A stretch of 64,000 bases of DNA from an uncultured Ruminococcus sp. (GTDB taxonomy: Bacteria; Bacillota; Clostridia; Oscillospirales; CAG-272): positions 10,411-74,410 of the forward strand of contig CAYSEF010000002.1 in the NCBI GenBank assembly GCA_964430105.1, in the 5' to 3' direction. Numbering within the stretch: position 1 is the stretch's first letter; the number at the start of each line of letters is the position of its first letter. Below, piece after piece: positions 1-10,859 of the stretch. Below the pieces are notes generated by a model. The model saw only the letters and a list, made by a program, of their open reading frames with translations. It searched no databases and was not told the origin of the DNA. Made by a program: the position numbers and the translations under genes.

Positions 1-423
1 TGCTTTTATCGGTGATGAACGCATTTCCTTACCGCCGTAGAAATAGGTAATTTTACCCGAATCCGAGGGCGAATCAGGTGTGCGTGAGAAGGATATCAAA
101 AATACAGCAAATGACAATAGCGTAAGGCACACAAGAACTACCAGAAAAACCAGTATTCTACCACCTATTATGCGAAGATCTTCACGAAATTCCTGTTTGC
201 GTATAGCTTTTTCCTGCTCTCGTATACGTCGTTCATATTCAATTTGAGCCTGTCTGCGTCGCTGTTCCTGTGCATATCGTCGTCTTGCATAGGCTTCACG
301 TTGCGCCTGCTCCTCAGGAGAAATACGACGATTGCCTGATCGTGCATGATTTTGGTTTCGTTTTGAAGGTTGTCCACCGTTTGAGCGTGGTACATTGTAA
401 TCATTTCGATTTCTGCGATTCAC
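1..423 (-). CDS. Membrane-anchored protein, N-terminal 141 codons only (CDS runs off the left edge)
   Basis: Own codon-by-codon translation of the minus strand. GTG at 423-421 lies 7 nt after AAAGGAG. Sequence: MNRRNRNDYNVPRSNGGQPSKRNQ...EQRRRQAQIEYERRIREQEKAIRKQEFREDLRIIGGRILVFLVVLVCLTLLSFAVFLISFSRTPDSPSDSGKITYFYGGKEMRSSPIKA, open to base 1. It is a basic, coiled-coil-like N-terminus followed by one TM helix. It is absent from the ORF track because it has no stop inside the window. Confidence 0.6.
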   Translation of the reverse strand, partial: MNRRNRNDYNVPRSNGGQPSKRNQNHARSGNRRISPEEQAQREAYARRRYAQEQRRRQAQIEYERRIREQEKAIRKQEFREDLRIIGGRILVFLVVLVCLTLLSFAVFLISFSRTPDSPSDSGKITYFYGGKEMRSSPIKA

Positions 424-454
424 CGTATCACTCCTTTCTTATGTTATTTTAATA

Positions 455-1024
455 TTACTTTGCTTTTGTTTCGATTACGATAAAAAACGGGCTTTCAGGT
501 GAATTCAGCATACGGAACTGTGCAATGCTATACTTAAATCTTGAAATTCCGCTGAAATACTTGCACAATTCCTCACCTTCAGCAGCACCCTCGGGATGTC
601 CCGGATATACTGCAACGAGAAGCACTGCATCATCAGCAAGCATACCAAGTGCAGATTCAACAGCAGGCAAGGTTGTCGAGCGTTGTGTTGTGAGCTGTTT
701 TCTTCCGACACCGGGCAAATATCCGAGATTGAACATTCCCGCCTTGATAGGCTTATGAACAAATTCAGCTGCACGATGATGAGAAGCACATATCAATCGC
801 CAGTTATCGGGACAATTATTTGCTCGCAAATTGCGTTCTGTCGATTTAAGTGCATCGGGCTGTATATCAAAAGCTATAACAGAACCACTTGCTCCTACTG
901 TTTTTGAGAGAAAAACGGTATCATAACCATTGCCCATTGTAAAATCCACCGCAGTATCACCTTCACGGAGATGTGCGAGAATAAAATGTTTTTGTAAACT
1001 GAGAAGATCCACCACTATAGTCAA
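455..1024 (-). CDS. Class I SAM-dependent methyltransferase (YtqB/MnmM-like 'putative rRNA methylase' family)
   Basis: 189 aa. The FTMGNGYDT SAM-binding loop and overall length match my memory of this family. Its start overlaps the iorB stop by 4 nt. Confidence 0.75.
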   Translation of the reverse strand: MTIVVDLLSLQKHFILAHLREGDTAVDFTMGNGYDTVFLSKTVGASGSVIAFDIQPDALKSTERNLRANNCPDNWRLICASHHRAAEFVHKPIKAGMFNLGYLPGVGRKQLTTQRSTTLPAVESALGMLADDAVLLVAVYPGHPEGAAEGEELCKYFSGISRFKYSIAQFRMLNSPESPFFIVIETKAK

Positions 1025-1611
1025 GCCTTTCGTGAAATATTATAACCGATATCAAATGCTGACAGATACACCTCTGCATTATCCTCAGACACACACGTCA
1101 AAACAGAACGACGTACAATGTCATAATCAAAGCCAAGCGAATCTGTCGCAAGTCCGAGAAGTACAGCAGTACAGGCACTTATATCGCCGGCTTTTTCAGC
1201 TATATCCTGCAAATCATATGGTCGAAGATCAACGCCGAGGAATTGTATATCGGGAATTATTTCATCCGGATATTCAGCTTCTCCGTTTTCTACTGATTTC
1301 GGCATTATCTGCTGTGTTGATGTAATAATAGTACCGCCGTTGGAAAGATATGGCAGACAACGTGCTGTTTCAAGCAGCTCAAGGCTAAGGATAACATCAG
1401 CATACCCTTTGCCGATTATCGGTGAATTCACTATTTCATCGGCTTCACCGATACGCACAAATACAGCAGTAGCTCCGCCTTCCGCAGATGCTTCATTAGC
1501 GTCGGATATTTTAACGTCGAGTGAGGAGTTCAGTGCGATCTCGCCAAGTATTCTTGATAAAAAGTGCACGCCCTGTCCGACAACTCCTGTGACAACAATA
1601 TTCTTTGGCAT
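1021..1611 (-). CDS. iorB: Indolepyruvate/2-oxoacid:ferredoxin oxidoreductase, beta (gamma-domain type) subunit
   Basis: MPKNIVVTGVVGQGVHFLSRILGEIAL... is the typical N-terminus of the POR-gamma/IorB domain. I chose the internal ATG at 1611 (M23 of the track ORF), which removes the overlap with the upstream gene. Confidence 0.8.
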   Translation of the reverse strand: MPKNIVVTGVVGQGVHFLSRILGEIALNSSLDVKISDANEASAEGGATAVFVRIGEADEIVNSPIIGKGYADVILSLELLETARCLPYLSNGGTIITSTQQIMPKSVENGEAEYPDEIIPDIQFLGVDLRPYDLQDIAEKAGDISACTAVLLGLATDSLGFDYDIVRRSVLTCVSEDNAEVYLSAFDIGYNISRKA

Positions 1612-1648
1612 ATCTGAATTTCCTGTCTTATAATAATGTTTTTGCAAA

Positions 1649-2608
1649 TCAGAAGCGTTCCGGAATAATCGCACCAATTTCGCAATAATCAGGCTCTATA
1701 CCGAACAGCATTTCTCGAAGCGTTTCTTCAGAGCATTCACCGAACATACACAGTACATCCCTGCCGATAACCTGAAGTCCATTCGACATACAGTGATTTT
1801 CGATTACGGGTGCTATTTCTTCAAGCACAATCACTGTTTCATAGTGCGAAGCAAAATCGTTTATAAGCTGTGTCGGCATTGGATTAAGCATTCCCAGCTT
1901 GAGATAAGATGCATTCTGTCCGAAAGCCTCTTTCGCATGATTCAGACAACCACCGGCTGTTATAATACCGACAGCACTTTCATTGTCCTCGATATTATTG
2001 AGCGATGCTTTTTCTGCAAAATCAGCGAAATCCATGCACAAATCAAGCTTGCCTTCATCTGCACTTCCCTCTCCGATTTCGACTACGGAAGCTGTACGAC
2101 TGATACGTGGAGTAAGACGCACGATGACAGGCACAGCGAATTTTTCCGACAAACGATATGCCAAAGCGATATAGCTTCTACACTCATCGGAATTTGATGG
2201 TTCAAGTAGCGGAAGTCCTGCGGATAACGCAAATGTTCTGCTGTCAACTTCAAACTGTACATTCGGATCATCTGTAACACAGATCACCATACCTGCCGAA
2301 ATTTTTAAGTCAGCTACAGAATCGACAAGCTCAGCGACAATATCACTGTCTGTCATTTTCAGCTCGCAGAAGGAACGCAAACCGTTTTTTGCGGTATTCA
2401 CAACAGCTTCAAGCGATTCTTTTTCGTCCTGTACAAGCTTTATGTCAATCTCGGCTTTTGCTTCGATATCTACGGAGCAAAATTGTGTTTTTGGAAAATT
2501 TTCGACAGCTTCTTTGAGCCTTGAAGTGCTTGAAGTGAAAAAATTCTTCACTCCTGCTTCATAGAGTCCGTATGCGATGCTCTCACTTCCCGAAAGCAGT
2601 TTTTTCAT
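1649..2608 (-). CDS. IorA-like protein, N-terminal half only (pyrimidine-binding and middle domains; no TPP-diphosphate or 4Fe-4S part)
   Basis: 319 aa. MKKLLSGSESIAYGLYEAGV..., VTDDPNV...DSR and PLLEPSNSDEC resemble the IorA N-terminal region. The GGAGG RBS is good. Full-length IorA is roughly 580-600 aa from memory. Confidence 0.55.
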   Translation of the reverse strand: MKKLLSGSESIAYGLYEAGVKNFFTSSTSRLKEAVENFPKTQFCSVDIEAKAEIDIKLVQDEKESLEAVVNTAKNGLRSFCELKMTDSDIVAELVDSVADLKISAGMVICVTDDPNVQFEVDSRTFALSAGLPLLEPSNSDECRSYIALAYRLSEKFAVPVIVRLTPRISRTASVVEIGEGSADEGKLDLCMDFADFAEKASLNNIEDNESAVGIITAGGCLNHAKEAFGQNASYLKLGMLNPMPTQLINDFASHYETVIVLEEIAPVIENHCMSNGLQVIGRDVLCMFGECSEETLREMLFGIEPDYCEIGAIIPERF

Positions 2609-2710
2609 ATTTTACCTCCGCACGACTTTACTTTAATAAATAATTATACTATATAAACGTGCACTCCGTCAATAACTTAGGTGTAAATTTTGTCCGAAAG
2701 AGCTATATAA

Positions 2711-4834
<2,124 letters not shown>

Positions 4835-4835
4835 A

Positions 4836-5822
4836 ATGCAGACCTTTATTATCACATTACTGATTATTGCCATATTATTCCTTATATTTGCCTTTGCCGG
4901 TGGATTTTATATGTATCGTTTTGCGACGGTACGAAATGATAAATCAAATAAAGATTACTGGACTCGTGAGCTGAAAAAAACCGACTACTTCACAGATGAA
5001 GAATTTGCTATGATAAAATCCGGTGAAAGCTTTATCAAAAGCGAAGAACGTGAAGCTGTATGTATTGAATCGCACGACGGACTGCGCTTGAGTGGACATA
5101 TAATCGAAAATCCATCACCTGTTGGCGTTATTATTATGGTACACGGATATCGCTCTCACCCTATCCTTGATTTTTCATGTGCAGTCGAACCGTATTTCAA
5201 TAATGGATTTACAATGCTTCTTATCACTCAAAGGGCGCATTGTGACAGCGGTGGAAAGCACATCGGCTTTGGTGTTCTCGAAAGATATGATGTCGTTCGC
5301 TGGGTAGATTACGCAAAAAATCGCTGGCCCGATCTGCCTATAGTTCTCGACGGTGTTTCAATGGGTGCTTCAACGATAATGATGGGTGGCGAGCTGGGAT
5401 ATCCGTCTAATGTCAAAGCGATTATATGCGACTGTGGATTCACAACTCCCGGTGCGATATGTCGCAAAGTGCTAAAGCAGTGGTTCAAATTACCACCGTT
5501 CCCGCTTTTTTATAGTGCCAAGTTATGGATAAAGCTGTTCGCAAAGTATGACCTTGAAGGCGCATCCTCTGTTGAGGGACTGAAAAAACTCTGCGAAAGT
5601 GAAAATTCACCATGTGTTCTAATCGCACACGGCAAAAAAGACGATTTTGTTCCATATAAAATGGCAGAAGAAAACAGAGAAGCTTATAAAAAGGCTGAGC
5701 GTTTGTGGTTCGTTTCCTCTGATGAAGCTGACCACGGAATGACATATTTGAAAGACAAGGATAAATACGTCACAGCTCTGTATGAAATGTTTACGGCAGC
5801 AGGAATACAAATACGGAAGTAA
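4836..5822 (+). CDS. Membrane-anchored alpha/beta hydrolase
   Basis: N-terminal TM helix, HG oxyanion motif (MVHGY), nucleophile elbow GVSMGAS and a late D...H. The start is 2 nt after the ligA stop. Confidence 0.8.
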   Translation: MQTFIITLLIIAILFLIFAFAGGFYMYRFATVRNDKSNKDYWTRELKKTDYFTDEEFAMIKSGESFIKSEEREAVCIESHDGLRLSGHIIENPSPVGVIIMVHGYRSHPILDFSCAVEPYFNNGFTMLLITQRAHCDSGGKHIGFGVLERYDVVRWVDYAKNRWPDLPIVLDGVSMGASTIMMGGELGYPSNVKAIICDCGFTTPGAICRKVLKQWFKLPPFPLFYSAKLWIKLFAKYDLEGASSVEGLKKLCESENSPCVLIAHGKKDDFVPYKMAEENREAYKKAERLWFVSSDEADHGMTYLKDKDKYVTALYEMFTAAGIQIRK

Positions 5823-5859
5823 TATTTTTAGCAAAGAGCTTCAAGGGGAAAGGTTCACA

Positions 5860-6636
5860 ATGAAAAATTCAATCCGATTCATGACATACAATATACAGCA
5901 TGGGCATATACATCTAAGCAAGCAATCAGGCGATGAAATAGATTTAACAAAGGTTGGAAGTGTTATACGCAATGCTTCTGCCGATATCATAGGACTTAAT
6001 GAGGTTCGAGGAAACGGAGCAGATGGTTACACTGCCCGAGCAAGTGCTTACACTGCTCAAGCCGAATTTCTGGCGAATTATCTGGGCTTCCACTGCTATT
6101 TCGGACGTTCATGCTATATAGGCAGGTCAAATCCATACGGAAACGCAATTCTTTCACGATATCCAATAATTGAAGCAAGGGTTATTCCGATTCCCGACCT
6201 TGCCGATCCACGAGATATGCGTAACTATGAGCCTCGCTCAATAACAAGATGCGTTATTGAAATACCTGCTGACGAAAACTCAAAGCTTAATATTGCAGTC
6301 TATATTTCTCACTTTGGTCTGCACGAAAGAGAGGCAGAAGTAGCTGTTTCAACAATCAAAGGAATTCTTAAGGATGAAGAATTACCGTTTGTTCTCATGG
6401 GTGACTTCAATCTCACACCGGAAAGCACATTTATGGAATATTTCTACAATGAACTCACTCCTACAGATGAGCTTATGCCTGAAAACGAACGCTGTACCTT
6501 CCCTTCCGATGCACCTGACAGCAAGATCGATTACATTTTTACCTCCACTGATGTGAAGCCTGTTAGCGCAAATGTTATTCGAGCAATCGCAAGCGATCAC
6601 TGTCCGATAGTTGCAGATATCGAATTTTCACATTAA
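5860..6636 (+). CDS. Endonuclease/exonuclease/phosphatase (EEP) family protein
   Basis: MKNSIRFMTYNIQHG..., LNEV, GDFN and a C-terminal SDHCP are the classic EEP motifs. The ATG at 5860 follows AGGGGAAAGG. Confidence 0.85.
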   Translation: MKNSIRFMTYNIQHGHIHLSKQSGDEIDLTKVGSVIRNASADIIGLNEVRGNGADGYTARASAYTAQAEFLANYLGFHCYFGRSCYIGRSNPYGNAILSRYPIIEARVIPIPDLADPRDMRNYEPRSITRCVIEIPADENSKLNIAVYISHFGLHEREAEVAVSTIKGILKDEELPFVLMGDFNLTPESTFMEYFYNELTPTDELMPENERCTFPSDAPDSKIDYIFTSTDVKPVSANVIRAIASDHCPIVADIEFSH

Positions 6637-6764
6637 TTTTCTTTGAAATACGACAAATATCGGGAGATTTGAACAGCCTGTCGAAAACTTTGTTGATAAC
6701 TTACTGAAAAGCTGTTGAAATAGGCACTTTTTCGCCCTCAAACTTCATCGAAACTCAAACCGAA

Positions 6765-6829
6765 TAAAAAAAGGAGACGTTTATCCTTCTCAATGATGAG
6801 AATGATAGGAACGTCTCCTTTAATTTTTA
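6765..6829. terminator. Bidirectional intrinsic terminator between convergent genes
   Basis: AAGGAGACGTT (6771-6781) pairs with AACGTCTCCTT (6810-6820). An A-run lies on the left and a T-run on the right. Confidence 0.65.
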
Positions 6830-7960
6830 CTGTTTTTTAGTTATTTTTCTTTCTACAGAAGCTTCGTAAAGTGCTTCAAGCTGTCTTGTCATGACTTTTG
6901 CTGTGAATTTTTCCTCGTACATACGTCTTGCGCCAATTTTCAGCTTCGCCATTTCATCAGGTGCTTCTATGAGCCGAATTATCTCTTTTGCCATTGCTGA
7001 TGAATCCTTTTCAGGCACAAGATATCCGTTAATTCCTTCGGTTATCATGTATGGATTACCACCATAGGTTGTTGCAATCGCAGGAACACCAACACTCATG
7101 CCCTCGGAAAGAGCAAGACAGGATGTTTCAGTTCCCCATGAACAGTTGAGATTCAAGTCAAGAATATTATAATACGGTGCGACATCGTGCAGGAAGCCTG
7201 TGAAGATGACCTTGTCTGCAATTCCAAGCGTTTTAGCCTGCTCTTTAAGCTCTTTTTCACACGACCCGCCACCCATAATCAGAAAAATCGTGTCAGGATG
7301 CTTCTCAATGACCTCTTTTGCAGATTCAAGAAGGTACGAATGACCCTTATACGGTTCAAGACGTGCTGAAATTCCGCAGACAAACGCAGATTTTTCTATA
7401 CCAAGCGAATTTTTCAGCTCGTTTTGCTCATCAACTGACGTTTTTCTTACTTCATCAACGCCATTGATTATGACTGTTATCTTTTTGGGATCAACGCCTG
7501 TATCAACAAGATTTTCTTTCGCAGCCTCTGCAACTGCAACGATATCAGTAGCAAGTGTGTTATTGATAAGTCCGTTAATTTGCTTTCCCGGAAATGTCGT
7601 GAGCTTTTTTGGCTGTGGAAACGCAGAATGGCGTGTGTAGAATCGCACCGGAGTACCACAGAGAAATGCCGCAAGCTTTCCTGAAAACGCCGAATGTGTA
7701 TGAACTATATCCGGTTTTTCACGCTTCAGAATATCGCATATTTCTCGCATTGCTTTCATATCAAAGCTCTTATCACGACCGTGTTCAGTTTCGATAACTT
7801 CCCAACCCTCGTTTTCAATGTACGGTTTCAATTCAGAATCTCGTGGAAGCACCACCTTGCCACAGAATTTTGTTCTGTCAAAATTGTGCAGATAATTCAC
7901 AAGAAGCCGTCCTGCACCACCGATATTCGTGTCGGAAAGAATGTTGATAACTTTAATCAT
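6827..7960 (-). CDS. GT4-family (GT-B) glycosyltransferase
   Basis: MIKVINILSDTNIGGAGR..., HTHS, and a C-terminal E(x7)E-type region (ETSCLALSEGMSVGVP). The ATG at 7960 follows GGAGGC and lies 1 nt after the murJ stop. Confidence 0.85.
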   Translation of the reverse strand: MIKVINILSDTNIGGAGRLLVNYLHNFDRTKFCGKVVLPRDSELKPYIENEGWEVIETEHGRDKSFDMKAMREICDILKREKPDIVHTHSAFSGKLAAFLCGTPVRFYTRHSAFPQPKKLTTFPGKQINGLINNTLATDIVAVAEAAKENLVDTGVDPKKITVIINGVDEVRKTSVDEQNELKNSLGIEKSAFVCGISARLEPYKGHSYLLESAKEVIEKHPDTIFLIMGGGSCEKELKEQAKTLGIADKVIFTGFLHDVAPYYNILDLNLNCSWGTETSCLALSEGMSVGVPAIATTYGGNPYMITEGINGYLVPEKDSSAMAKEIIRLIEAPDEMAKLKIGARRMYEEKFTAKVMTRQLEALYEASVERKITKKQ

Positions 7961-7961
7961 G

Positions 7962-9500
7962 TTAAGCCTCCGTTTTTCTGCACAATACATTGATTATTCC
8001 ACGCATTTCTTCACTTTTCATTATCGTAACAAGCAACGCATAGACAACAACACCTACAGCCACCGATATTGCAAACGATATTATACGTCCCATATCAGCT
8101 ACAGCTCCGTAAACTGCATACACCACTACACCCATACAAATTGCTGATATAATTGATTTTGCTATATCAAAAATATCTTTACGGGTAGGAGAAATGAGCT
8201 TTTTCCGGCAGGCAAAGATGAGATTAAATGCCATATTCACAAGTGCGGACAATCCTGAAAGAAGTGCGATACCACCGACACCAAGCTGATCGTGAAGCAA
8301 AGCAAGAAGTGCAACATTAAACACCATCGAACAAAGTGCTGATATCATAGGTACCTTCGTTTGCTCTATCGCGAAAAATGCCTTTGTCAAAACCTCGCAT
8401 ATACCTGCAAAAATCATTCCTACTGCATAAAAACGAAGTGCTTCGCTTGTTATTGCAGTATCGGATGCGGTAAACACTCCACGTTCGTAAATTATAGCAA
8501 TAAAAGGCTCTGCAAGAACCATCACGCCCACCGAAATAGGCGCAAGGATAAAAGTAAGCACCTTGACAGACAGCTTAGTAAGTCTATCGCTTTCTGCGGA
8601 ATTTCCTTCAGCGGCAGCACGAGAAAACAACGGAAAAAGCAAATTCGTTGCCACAAAAGAGAAAACTCCAACGATTATAACATACAGTCGATTTGAATAT
8701 CCAAGTGCATTGATAGCTCTGCCATCCTCTATAGACGATGCAAGTCGAGTATTGATAAGATTGCACACAGGTGTTACCCATGTTGAAAGCAAAATCGGCA
8801 AGGTATTTTTCGCAGCACGCTTGATTTCAGGCGTGTTTATCGGTGAAAGAAGCTTATATCTGAATCCACGCTTTAATACAGACGGAATTTGAACAACAGC
8901 TTGTGCAGCCCAGCCAATGAGCATTGCAACTGAAAGTCCGCGAACACCAAATCTATCAGAAAGAAACAGCAAATATCCGACCATTATCAAATTTGAAACA
9001 AGGCTGATAACGGCGGGAATATTGTATTCACCCTCCGATTGAAGAAATCCGACAAACGTAAACGCTAACCCAACGCAAATCACCATAGGAAAGACGATAC
9101 GAGTAAGCTCTACTGCAAGTGTCTTTGTAGATTCGGCAAGACCGGGTGCGATAAATTCAACCAAGGTCGGTGCAAAAGCTACTCCGATAACTGTCAGCGT
9201 TACGGTAATGAGCAATATCAGATTCAAATATGAATAAGCGAAATCAAGTGCAGATTTTTTATCTTTCTTTATCGATATTGAGTTGTAAATCGGGATAAAT
9301 GCAGACGTTACCACACCGCCAAGCACAAAATCGAATATTGTAACAGGCAGCTTAGATGCAGTTTCATAAGCGACAGCAGCCTCTGTTGTGCCGAAATTTG
9401 AGCCTATCATAATATCTCTGAGAAGTCCCACAACCTTCGAGAGAAGTATGATAATTCCCATAAGTGCAGCTGAGGAGGCGAGAGATTTTTGTTTTTTCAT
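7962..9500 (-). CDS. murJ: Lipid II flippase MurJ (MviN family)
   Basis: 512 aa and polytopic. The N-terminus ...LLSKVVGLLRDIMIGSNFGTTEAAVAYETASKLP is typical of MurJ. Confidence 0.9.
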   Translation of the reverse strand: MKKQKSLASSAALMGIIILLSKVVGLLRDIMIGSNFGTTEAAVAYETASKLPVTIFDFVLGGVVTSAFIPIYNSISIKKDKKSALDFAYSYLNLILLITVTLTVIGVAFAPTLVEFIAPGLAESTKTLAVELTRIVFPMVICVGLAFTFVGFLQSEGEYNIPAVISLVSNLIMVGYLLFLSDRFGVRGLSVAMLIGWAAQAVVQIPSVLKRGFRYKLLSPINTPEIKRAAKNTLPILLSTWVTPVCNLINTRLASSIEDGRAINALGYSNRLYVIIVGVFSFVATNLLFPLFSRAAAEGNSAESDRLTKLSVKVLTFILAPISVGVMVLAEPFIAIIYERGVFTASDTAITSEALRFYAVGMIFAGICEVLTKAFFAIEQTKVPMISALCSMVFNVALLALLHDQLGVGGIALLSGLSALVNMAFNLIFACRKKLISPTRKDIFDIAKSIISAICMGVVVYAVYGAVADMGRIISFAISVAVGVVVYALLVTIMKSEEMRGIINVLCRKTEA

Positions 9501-9526
9501 TGTTTTTCTGACCGTCCGAACAGCTT

Positions 9527-10765
9527 TTAGACTACCTGGAATAAATAGAATTTCAGATAATCTGTTTCGGGAATGTTTCGCATTATAGGATGATCGGGAG
9601 ATTGTGCCCGTGCTTCGATCTGTCTTAGCGATACACCTGCATCCTTTGCAGCCTCGTCAAGCATTTTACGGAACAATTCGTCACGCATGAAGTGAGAACA
9701 GCTACAGGTTGCAAGGTATCCTCCTCGTGGCAGACAGCGCATTGCACGGTAATTTATATCCTTATAACCACGATACGCATCTTTTACAGTTGAGGAAGAT
9801 TTTGTAAACGCAGGCGGATCAAGGATGATATAATCGTAATCGTGACGCTTTTCGTTGACCATTTTCGTGAGAAGCTCGAAAACATCGGCACAAAGGAATT
9901 CCATTCTATCCTCAAATCCGTTAAGTGAAGCATTTTTCTTTGTCTGCTCGATAGCACTTGCAGAAATATCAACAGCTGTAACTTGTTCGGCACCGCCATT
10001 TACGCAGTTAAGTGCAAATGCACCTGTGTGAGTGAAGCAATCGAGAACACGTCTGCCTTTTGCCAATTTTGCTGCTGCAAGACGATTATATTTTTGGTCG
10101 AGGAAGAAGCCTGTTTTCTGGCCATTAAAAATATCCACATCGTATGCAATGCCGTTTTCACGAATAGTAACATGACCGTCAGCCGGTTTATCAGGGAAGC
10201 TTTCTCCCATCCACCAACCTGTGTAGCATTCCATTCCTTCAAGTGTGCGAATGTTCACATCATTACGTTCATACACGCCACGCACAGTTACACCGTATTC
10301 CGGCAAAAGCTCACACAGCATTGTAAACAGCTTATCCTTGACCTTTTCAGTACCGAGAGAAAGAGTCTGGGTGACAAGAATATCTTCAAACAGATCGACA
10401 GTCAGCCCCGGGAATTGATCGCTTTCGCCAAAGATCAGTCTTGAGCATGAAAAATCGTATCCCATGACAGTTTTGCGATAATCAAGTGCATACTTTATAC
10501 GACGACGGTAAAAATCGTCATCAAAGTTGTCGTTAGCATTAGTAGATATGATTCTCACACGAATTTTTGAGTTTGAATTATAATATCCGGTGCCAATGAA
10601 CTTTGCTTTTCCACCGTTTTTCGGCTCTGAATAAACATGAACAAGTTCACCGTTTTCTGCAGCTCCGTCCATACGCACTACTTCACCCTCAAATACCCAA
10701 GGATGCCCTGTTTTCGCATGACGTACACCTTTTTCAGTGATAAATATAGTTGGAAGTTGTAACAT
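9527..10765 (-). CDS. PUA-domain SAM-dependent rRNA (cytosine-C5) methyltransferase, RlmI-like
   Basis: 412 aa. N-terminal GHPWVF (PUA), QKTGFFLDQ, LDCFTHTGAF, DPPAF and ATCSCS motifs. Confidence 0.85.
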   Translation of the reverse strand: MLQLPTIFITEKGVRHAKTGHPWVFEGEVVRMDGAAENGELVHVYSEPKNGGKAKFIGTGYYNSNSKIRVRIISTNANDNFDDDFYRRRIKYALDYRKTVMGYDFSCSRLIFGESDQFPGLTVDLFEDILVTQTLSLGTEKVKDKLFTMLCELLPEYGVTVRGVYERNDVNIRTLEGMECYTGWWMGESFPDKPADGHVTIRENGIAYDVDIFNGQKTGFFLDQKYNRLAAAKLAKGRRVLDCFTHTGAFALNCVNGGAEQVTAVDISASAIEQTKKNASLNGFEDRMEFLCADVFELLTKMVNEKRHDYDYIILDPPAFTKSSSTVKDAYRGYKDINYRAMRCLPRGGYLATCSCSHFMRDELFRKMLDEAAKDAGVSLRQIEARAQSPDHPIMRNIPETDYLKFYLFQVV

Positions 10766-10782
10766 AGTGTTTCCTTTTGATT

Positions 10783-10822
10783 ATAAAGCTAATCCGGCAA
10801 ATCAAAATAATAATTTGCCGGA
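10783..10822 (-). terminator. Hairpin downstream of valS (possible terminator)
   Basis: Perfect 10-bp stem TCCGGCAAAT/ATTTGCCGGA. The trailing U-tract is only moderate. Confidence 0.45.
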
Positions 10823-10859
10823 CAGATATACAAATTATGAAAAGTAAAGTTAGTCTGAA

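Noticed and set aside
168-404. Track ORF, 78 aa, minus strand
   Set aside because: It has no RBS and an odd composition. A different frame (1-423) has an RBS, a TM helix and stays open to the window edge, so this one is most likely a shadow frame.
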